Source: a virus
Length of the DNA: 64,000 nt
Direction: 5' to 3' (one strand)
IMG/VR virus record: IMGVR_UViG_3300008954_002609
Location: 1 to 64,000 of that record
In this document: positions 35,493 to 45,400 of the stretch, in pieces
Layout: each line of letters begins with the position of its first letter
How positions within the stretch are numbered: the stretch's first letter is position 1
Made by a program: the position numbers and the translations under genes
The notes under the pieces: model-generated
Databases searched by the model: none
What the model saw: only the letters and a program-made list of their open reading frames with translations
Told to the model about the DNA's origin: nothing

Positions 35493-36459
35493 ATAAATCC
35501 CCCGTAGGAATTGCCGTATCAGTTATTCTAAACCCTAGGTCCCTATCCCTATATGTCTTTGTCATTGGGTCATATACGTCGCTGTCAAAATCTATCTCCA
35601 CATATGTCGCCAATTCGTTCTTCTGGGGAACGTCCGATTCCTTCAACAACAATGCTAGCAACTTTTCCTCCACCACTTTCAGTCCATTTTCTATAAATTC
35701 CTCCTCGCCATCAACAAGAAAAAACTCAACTTCAAAATTATCATCAGAGACTGGAACGTTATCTTCTACTATATCCAATATAATATAACTCTTGTCCTTT
35801 GATACATTTAGCACATACCCGTCGACAAATTCTATCTCGTTCTCGTCGCCGTATTGCGTCTGATATTCTTCGATGTCTATCGTTTCTTCTGGCGGGGTGG
35901 TGGTTGCCTCCAACTCATAATCCACTATCATATTTATCTGAGGACGTCTGTATCCAATATTTGGACCCGAAGCACTGACCTCTATCGGTGTTTCGAATCT
36001 CTGACTATTTTTACTTGCAATGTTCCACGACGGAACATACCTGTTTCCAGTCTGTGAGTTTCCCAGCAGATTTCTCATTAACTTTCTATCGTCGGGAGTA
36101 ATAGATATGTCATCCACATAATCTTTTCCATAAAGATCATCACCCAGGACCTTTGCAAGCATGTCAGGATCGTCATCCCCCTCTGGTGCGTTTGTTATTT
36201 GATTGTTTAATCTTGTCACTCTTGATTCCGCACCTTCGTGTTCGTAGAGCGGTCTCATTCTTATCGTGTTGTTTTGTATTCTTTTGTGAGAAGATTTGCC
36301 CGTCTCAAAAGCATTTTCTCCGTAAGACACATCATAAAGAACCTCGTCGTCAGAGAAGGCATAATACACAGGCTCAAATTTGCCCTTTGATAAAAGGTAT
36401 TTGCCGTATTGAGTGAGTTGAACCTCCATTACTTCTTCTTTTTTATTAAAAAACGACAT
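35479..36459 (-). CDS. Baseplate/tail structural protein, N-terminus similar to 26879..27877
   Basis: 'EVQLTQYGKYLLSKGKFEPVYYAFSDDEVLYD'. Confidence 0.65.
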   Translation of the reverse strand: MSFFNKKEEVMEVQLTQYGKYLLSKGKFEPVYYAFSDDEVLYDVSYGENAFETGKSSHKRIQNNTIRMRPLYEHEGAESRVTRLNNQITNAPEGDDDPDMLAKVLGDDLYGKDYVDDISITPDDRKLMRNLLGNSQTGNRYVPSWNIASKNSQRFETPIEVSASGPNIGYRRPQINMIVDYELEATTTPPEETIDIEEYQTQYGDENEIEFVDGYVLNVSKDKSYIILDIVEDNVPVSDDNFEVEFFLVDGEEEFIENGLKVVEEKLLALLLKESDVPQKNELATYVEIDFDSDVYDPMTKTYRDRDLGFRITDTAIPTGDLCDDD

Positions 36460-39400
36460 TATTTCTTAGGAACCCCCTTGATAATCATGGAGAAATGATT
36501 TGCAGTATCAAATTGCCTAGGTGAGTCTTCCTCCTCCTTGTTAATTGAGATACCTGCTGTTCTAGCCACCACGCTTGCAATCTCCTCTCTTGTGAGTGGT
36601 TGTGATATATCTTCCTGTCTCGCAAAGCCAACTTCTGCCTCCACTTTAACTAGTTCGACGAGAGAGAAATAATCATATGGCCAATTATATCCATAATCAA
36701 AAATATCATTCTCAACTGATACCTCTCCGTCTGGGTGTCCGTTTGGTAATCTATCCCTCTTCATTTTCTTGAAGTAGTTTGTTTCTGCCTTCTTCTTAGC
36801 CTTGAACACCAGCCATTTTACTCCTTCATTCAATTTTTCATCGGACAGTAACCCACCATTTTGTGTCAATTCATGAGAAACTACTGCTTCTGCTTGGAGG
36901 CTGTCGCCAGAGTCCTTATGGAAGTTATTCAAGGCTACATCCGGTGGTAGATTTTGCCACATAAGAGCAATATCATTCTTTGATAAAGTGTGCTCAAACT
37001 CAAAAATATACATAGCGAAAGGAGATATAAAATTCTCCTCTGGATCGTTGTACTTCAAGAAATTCATCTTTGGAGGGATAACATATCTCAGCATCTTATC
37101 TACCATGTCCTGGATGCTCTTTCTTGGAACGATTGGCTCTGAGTGTCCGCTTCGTCCGCTCGCGTTTTGTGACGTGGTGGTTGAGCCCATTTCCACTGCT
37201 TCGATTTCCGACTTTTTGTATTTGGAAAAGCCTGCTGCCTGAACAGCCTTGTAGACCTCGCTTTTTGGCAAAACAAAGAATTGTCTTTTTCCGTTCGCTC
37301 CCTCAATGAACGGAACAGCAACAACTGCCTCTGAGATCTTTCTCTCTTCTGGCATTTGCCCGATCGAAACCCTCTTCACTTCATTGCCCAATTCCTTACC
37401 TTGTGATACGAAGTGCATTCCCAGCAACTCATCCAATGGTGCGCTGGTAGAATTTCTCTTGGTAGGTCTAATCTCCATAAAACTAATCGGAGTCTTATAG
37501 GATCCAGTTTGGTGCCACATCCCCAGCGTCTTTGTGAGCCCATATGGCTTTGGTTGTACTGCACTTGCCCTTCTAAAGTCCATATTGGGGGTCTCCCATT
37601 TGGACTGTATTATCCAAGACTTTCTTAGTATGTCCGCGTCTTCTCTGGTGTTCTCCTTAGTTGGCAATAGGCTAGCTTCACTAATATCGATTCCGTTAAA
37701 GCTCGACGAAATTTGCATTGCGTGCGACTTATTCAAAGATTCTATAATAGGCTGGATACTGTTTCTTGAACCCGGCTTACCGATGGCAAAATCACTATTC
37801 GTAAGTCCACTAAATATATAATCTGTTGAACCTGCAGAGCCTGTGCCCTTTACAAACCTATTATATTTAATAGTATTTGTTCCCAATTTGTTTTGCGTAG
37901 TTATCGTCTCTAGGACGTCTTCCACTGACTCATACTTGACACCCACTTCCGGGGTGAAAGTGTATTCCACTTCTGCATAACTATCGTAATGAGGCGGAGT
38001 AAATGGAGAAAATCCATGACCGGGATATTCTGTTTTGTCTCTCCCCACCTCTTTCCAGGATCCGGACGAGTTTGCATCTACCGGGGGACCGAATGCTTCA
38101 GGTCTATTGTATATAGGAAAGTCTTCAGTCGGTGGACGATACAGCCTCAGAGTCATCTTATACGTCTTGTTGGGGTCTACAGCCTGCTTTAGCACATCTG
38201 CGGACTTTAGAATCGTAGAGTGCCCGCCCTTTAAGAAGAAATTCATAGTTTCTGCAAAGAAGTTGTTTGAGGCTTTCGTATAATTTGTTTGACCCAATGC
38301 TCGCATTTCCGTTAAGCTAAAGCTGGATGTCATTGCCGAAGACGTGGTTGGAGTGCCTCTTACAAAAGTCTGGGCGTATGTATCCTCACCGTAGGCGAAC
38401 AAGCCCCGAGAGTGTGGGTCCATGGCATTGATATCGTTAGTATTGTGAATACCCGCGTTAGCCGTTCTGTTGCCGCCTCCTATGTTTCTCATAAACGAAC
38501 ATGGTTGAAGACTGGCACTTGGGTGTGGCTCCGTCTCGTAAAATACGACCCTTTCGTCCACGAGTGCTGTATTCACATTCGCACCAACTCTAGTAACAGT
38601 ATTACTCTGCAGTCTTCTGGGGTCTATTACTGCTTCGAAAGGGATTCTCTCCACTCTCTGTATGCCGCCGTATGGGCTTGACGATCCCGTTGACCAATAG
38701 CTCATGTAGGATGTGGGACCGTAAACGCCGTAATTTGAGCCACTCAACACACCCATACTGTAACTAGCAGATCCTATTCTAGGTATTCCGCCATCCATGG
38801 TCTCATTATATGGTGAGCCAGTTATATAAGTCGGATACTTGTAGGCACCCGTGAGCATGTGCACAGCTCCAGTGAGCCACGCATCGCCAAACCTGGTTAT
38901 GCCGCCGCTGCCGTCGTCCTTAAATACCTTGGAGTCGATTTCTTGCCAAACGTCACTGAATCCTGTAAATTGTGCATAAGAAAGAGTCTCTACTCGACCG
39001 CCAGAGCCACTGAGTCCAAACTTGCCAGCATCTGCATATAGGTCCAGTGCATGATTTCTCATATTCTGTTGGTTTGTCATATACGCAGATCCAGAATCTC
39101 CGGCAGTCATATACCCGTAGTCATTACCCATTCTATACCATCCAACTAAATTCTTGGCTTCGTTCTTGCCAACACACACATCGGGGCGGAATGGTGTGCC
39201 CAGCTGTGGTGCGTCAGTCGCATATGATCCATATGACTCACCGCCGTGAAGACCCAGGATAGATGCTGTTGACATTTGCTTATTCCATATGGTCACTTCT
39301 GCAACTGCCATTTCCATTGAGCCGCGCATAATATCTTCTGGGTTTGACCCTGTTGCTGCGCGGGTGTTACCTATCGAACAGTTGTGGTCTCCGGTTACGG

Positions 39401-42400
39401 GTGGCTCAAATACCAGAGCTGTTTCATTCAAAGTTCCTGCAGACCTTGTCAATTCGTGTTGGTAAGATTTACCATTTAGATAAAACGCAGGAGCGGAACC
39501 ATCAAACTTTTTCGTAACCGCCATATGGTGCCACAAGTTACTACTGCTAAGGATCCTTTTCTTTGTTTGCCACTCTTTATAACTGCTGCTTCCGTGCCAC
39601 ATCCCGAAAACCAGCCTGCCTCCTCGCTTCAAAAACTGGATACCTTCTGTGCAATTGTTATCATCGCCAATATGTATCAAGCTTCCAGAGTTTTCCGGGT
39701 TGTTCGTAGCATCGTCTGGATCTTCTTTGAAGTTGGCCCACATAGAAAAGCTTATTCCTGAAGTTGCTGCAGTGGAAGCTTTTCTGATACTTCCTGTCAC
39801 CATCTTCATCCAATCTTGTGCCTGACCTATATCACACCTATTTGTAGATCCAGATCCATTGAAAAGGGTGACAAACTCCAAATATGGTCTATCTTTCTTG
39901 GGAACGAAGACTGGATAGTCGACCGCGATACCAGACTTTATAGAATTATATGTTATCCCTGGGGAGTAAAAGGGAGCCAGAGCTGTTCTCCAGTGAGCAT
40001 AGTTACTACCAGTGGTAGTATAGTCTTCCGGAGTTATCGAGGTTCCTGGTCCATATGTACTCTTGAAAGTCTCCGCTAACTGAAGGGTTCTCTGGGCTGG
40101 ATAGAATCCCTTGTATGGCAGAAGCTTCTTTAGTGCCTTGCACTTGAGTGTCAAGTTAGCAGGGTGCATTTCTAATGATCGGTGCCCACTCTTCACTATT
40201 TCAAAATGCTTTATAAAATCACTATGACCATATACCTTAAAGAAATCTCCTTGGCTGCTATTGTTATAATTGTCTGAGGCTCCTGTCAAAGACAAGAAAT
40301 CCGATTGGAAACAATCAAAGAACGGGTCTTGCGATGGGCTGTCCATATAATCCGACATATGATCGCTGATCCTATACTCTGGTATTACAGAATACTCTTT
40401 CCCAATTATTCTCATGTCCTGGGCGTAATCATCATAATTTTCGTAATTAAATGGATATCTTCCTGCTTGATCTCCCGCTTCCCACTTGGCTGCTCCAGCT
40501 AAATATGTATTGGTTGAAGCACTCACCTTAAGGAAGTTTGCCAACAGAGACACATGCCTTATCCCTGTACGCACAGTCTCGACCCTGGCACCGTCCATGC
40601 TGGTGTTGAGAGTATAGTCGGTGCCCGAAAATCCGCCTCGGTACCCTGATGTTGGCCAACGGGACTTTTCATGAACCCCCCTAAATTCTAGAGTCACCTT
40701 GGCTCCACTAGAACTAGCCTTTATCCTAGGCTTTATACCACTGTGTGTATTTATTGTTTCCTTTATTGCATCGGCAATACCTGCTTTGGTGTAACTAGAC
40801 TGCGACAGGCAAACTGCTATAGTGGGTCTACCCGTGCCCCAAATCTGTGTCTCTCTTGTTACCTTCAATGCTTCCGTCTTAACGAAGACCAGAGAAAACT
40901 CGTGTTCCGTACCTGGACCGTTAAAGACAATTTCCATGTAGCTGTTTTCTACGCCACCTGTTGAATACGTGTTCCAGCTGTCGCCGTAAGTGGATTTATT
41001 CCAATAATTTTCTCTGTTAGCCTCTTCCACAGTTAAGCAATAGGTCCATGGAGTTTCTGGGAATTTTCTAGCATACAAGGCTGAAGCACTTGGGTTGCCC
41101 CACCAAGTATTACTCCCAGACCTGAATAAACTATAAGAAGACATCAATTCGCCCTCTCCAAAGGTTCCCGGAACATCAGTGCCTAGGCTTATCTCTTTCG
41201 AAGTCCCAAAATTCTCTTGTGCATCGAGGGGCCACATGCTGCTTGTGATTCCGATGTGTTCGCCCTGTGAGTTTGGCTCTGAGACGCCTCTATCCGACCT
41301 CTTTGTCTTCCACCAATCTATAACAAAATTTTCTCTCTTTCTTGACTTGTTTGAATAAGAGTTAACATCTCTTGGGTATATCGTGACAGGATACACTGAT
41401 TGCACTATATTTTTCGGCATCTTGGTGCTTAGTGCCTCTGACATATCGAATATTTGATCAATTTGTAAGAACCTTACCAATTCAGGGTTCGAGAATGTCA
41501 CCAAATCATTCAAGTATGTGATCTTTCCTCCCGAAGCAATAGATCTACCTCCTGGTGTTCTAAGTAGGGCTGCTCTCATGGTGGTGAGTGCTACGGGAAC
41601 GTTAGACGATTCATCGATAGAAGCAATTGCAGTGGTTGTAAGCGGCTTGGAGTAGGTGACCACTGATTCGGTAAATCTGTACCTTTGTGAAGAGATTGTT
41701 CTGCTTGTTCTTGTTTTCGTGTGTTCGATATTTTCCGGCCAAGAATAATCTCCATCCGTAAAATAGGATGGAGAGAAGGACATCATTTCGGGATCATCTC
41801 TCCTAACTGCAAGTGAAAATATATTTTCTTTTCTTAATTTTCTTGCAACAGGGTGGTCGCCTGCCCTTAATTGCTTCCATGTCGGGTACCCATGTATAGA
41901 TCCTCTGTTTAGTAACATGTGATTGAGGGTGTGTGCCCTCAATCGAGCCTCGATTGAACTAGTGAGTAGACCACCACGGGAATCAATTGGTGCCAAGCCA
42001 CCTAGCGTGTTGTTGCTTTGTGAGACATGCTCGTATATAATAGAATTCAGTCCGAGAAAGTCAGTTGGTATACCAGGGTCCGGGCGGTTAGTTAGTGCAT
42101 GATCAACCCCGTAAGAGAGGAGCCTATTTGCATCGCTTGTTCTCAGACCCCTATCGCTCGCGGAAAGAAAAGTGGGGGACTCAAAGTCGACCGCATTTGC
42201 TTCATTCGTCTCAAATATTTTTTCGTTGGTCTGGGACTTTGGATAGGTAAAGTTCGATTCAAGTCTGTTATAACTACATGTTGTCTCTAAGGTCGAATTT
42301 CTAATCCATGCGTACCCGAGATCACTCTGTGGTATTTGATGTTGTACAAAATTGTTGTCATACTTTGGTCTGCATTCATGCCCAGACTCATCACTCGATG

Positions 42401-45400
42401 TTGCAACGTATCTGGGGTTTCCTTGCACCTTATGATAGGATGCTGTAGTTGTTGATGAAGTTATCGAACTGTTATGCGTGGCACCAAATTGTCCCATCCT
42501 GTCAGTAGACCACTCATTTAGCGCCAGTCTTGCCATAAGGTTTCTATAATTTAGGGTATTATAAACCGAATATTGATTTGTTGCGACATCGAGACCAGGA
42601 CCACCTAAACTATCGCCCGCTGTCTCGACTCCGCCAGGGGCAGAGAATCTGTTAACAAAGACATTCTTTCTTTTCGGTCTTTCATACTTCCTTCTTTCGT
42701 TAATCTCTACGAAGTATGGAGAATTAGTTGTTGTGCCAATAGGCTCATTCGACGCAGTGCGTATCAAGAACACTGGACTCATCTCCACTGATGTTCCCTG
42801 AACTATTTCATATTCGTGCTTGTAGTTGCCGATATTTAATACTGTGTCCTTTGCGTACTCACTTGCTGTAGTCTTTATATTTCTTATATTGACTGGCCTC
42901 TTTGCCAATGGCTCCCTAAGCACTCTGGACCTATTATGGGTACTAGAGGTCAAAGACACATGAAAAGTTCCCGGTGGCTCGTGATTCAATGCATACAAAT
43001 TCGGGGAAGTAACGTACAACTGACCTTGAGACATTGTTAATGCAAACGCCTCGAATCGTCGACCCTTGTGGTCCAGGCTCATTGTTGTGTTTTGCAAGGC
43101 TGGGTCGGCTTGTGGTATCTTTGGTCTCATCATGTTCAGGTGCTGATGTCTGTGAGAGTGTCCACCCACCCAATGTTCCGTAAATGGAGACTGAATAGGG
43201 ATCTCCCTGTCGTCACCATAAGCATCTGAGTGGAGATTTGTTATGTCTATGCCCTTCTTAAAGTTATCATAAATTTCAGCCTTGTAGTCAGTTGGCACAT
43301 CTGTTGAGCTACTATACATACTAAAAGGGGCTATTGTATTAAGGTCAAAGTCAGCATTTGTGTTTGATATGTCTGCTTTGCCTCCAAGCCTCTTCTTTTC
43401 AAAAACCTCTGATCCAATGCCGTTTCCATATCTTGGATGATAAACGTCTGTGCATTCTTTTCCAAAATCAACATCGGACCCACTTATTCTAATAAAATCT
43501 TTCGCGCCAGGATTACTTGTCCCAAGAAAGAAATCCTTTTTCTTGTTTAGGTGAAAGTTGTCTCCAGCGTGCACAACAGGCTGAATTTCTGCCTTTAGTC
43601 TATATGGCTTTGTTAAGCTACGAAGAGTATAACTGGTACCTGAAACCTCAGTGTAAATTGTCCTTCTTAGCGTTTCTCTCTCGGCGTCTGTTGCAGATAT
43701 ACCAGATGATAAAGAAGTTTCTTTTCTCCCTGCTCTCTCTGACCACCACAAACAATTCTCAGTCTGCAAGGCACTGCCAGAAGGCTTGTATATGCCGGTA
43801 TGCTTGAGTAGTGGAGCGTGACCAAACTTCCAGTTATACACTAGTTCATTTATTGATTTAATTTGACCAGGTTCTGGCTCTGCTTGCTTCCCCTCCAAAG
43901 TAGGGAACTTAGCCCAGTACTTGTTTCTTTCGAGAACATGACTCTCTATCATATTCCTTATATCTTCGGAAAAATCTGCAGATGCTGGCTTCAACTGGTC
44001 TAGCATTGAAGACAGTGCCGAGTCTATCCACTTATAAAACTCAACGTACTTCTCTATGTCTGGAGTATTCTCTATTCTGTCAAAAAAGAGTTGCCTTAGC
44101 TTCTCCATTGACTTATAGTTTGGTCTGTATCTATTTACGGGCTCTCCGATTAAATTACTAAAGTCCTTTATTGTTGCAAACATATCTAACATCTCTTGAG
44201 ATATTGCCTGATACATGCTCTTTTCTATTGAAAAGTTATAATTTATCGGTTTAGAGTCTCTGGTAAATGTCTGTTCATCTCTAGACAGGACCCTAACCAT
44301 ATTCGAGCTTTGCACGTTTTCTGGTATGTTTTGTCGGGACATCTCCAGGAAAGCAACCGTCACACTGGAAGTGGAGTTTGATTGAAAGAAATCTCCGCGA
44401 CCAGGGTGGTTTGTTGCCACCACGTCACCTGCCCAGCCATAATCCCTCTTGTTTTTGAAAGAGCCAGATGTTATGTCGTCTATTATAAATTGACCACCTG
44501 TCGAAGAGCCTGTAACCGTAGTAAAATCCCAATTCAACGCAAGAGTGTCGATTGATGGGACGGGATTGTCCAATCCTGGCATAAAAGTGTACGCATTCCT
44601 CATTGGGTGAGGCACACCGTAAGCCTTTGGATCTATCGAGTGAGCTTTAATAGTCTCGTTATCTAGATAAGATAACCAATGACGCAAAGAAGAAACATGA
44701 ACGTCCGACAAAGTCTTTGTGGAGCCTGCAAAGTCTGTTCTGTGGGCTCCGGCGTACAATCTTTTAGAATATTGGTGGAACCTTTGACCTTGGGCGTTAG
44801 TTAAGGAGGATGTTAGATAAAATTTATCCTTTACCTCTCCTGCGTCTGTTCTAATTCCGTAGTACTCTATTTGATAAGAATTCGTAGATCCAGAAATCGT
44901 GTTACCAAACGTTCCCTTCGGTGCAACTCTAACTGCGAAATTCCACTTTGTTCCGTCATACACGTCATAGAATACCGGGGATTCCATTGCGGATACTATC
45001 CCAGAGGTAGACCTTATGACAAATTTTGCATTTCTAGAGTGTCGTTCGTCCTTTACAGCATAGGTCTCGAAATTCGCAAAGTCTTTTGCGCTGGCTGGCC
45101 AAGCCAAATCAGTCCCTGCTCCTTTGACAGTGTGTGCACCAAACAAGGAGCTTGATACGTTGGTGGAGATGAACCCAGGCTCGCCAGGGCGGTGTACCTT
45201 CGGAAAAACAACCTCTGCTTCCGTCGTGAAAGATAAGCCAACAGAGGAATCATTTCCGTGAGCACCAGTAATATATCCAGAAACAGGAAATTCTGAAGAT
45301 TTGTTGCCCCTCCCAAGACTGGAACTATACTGATATATGGTTGCAGAATGATTATGAGGGTGATAGAAATTTATACACCTTGTCTTAAGGCTTGATACAC

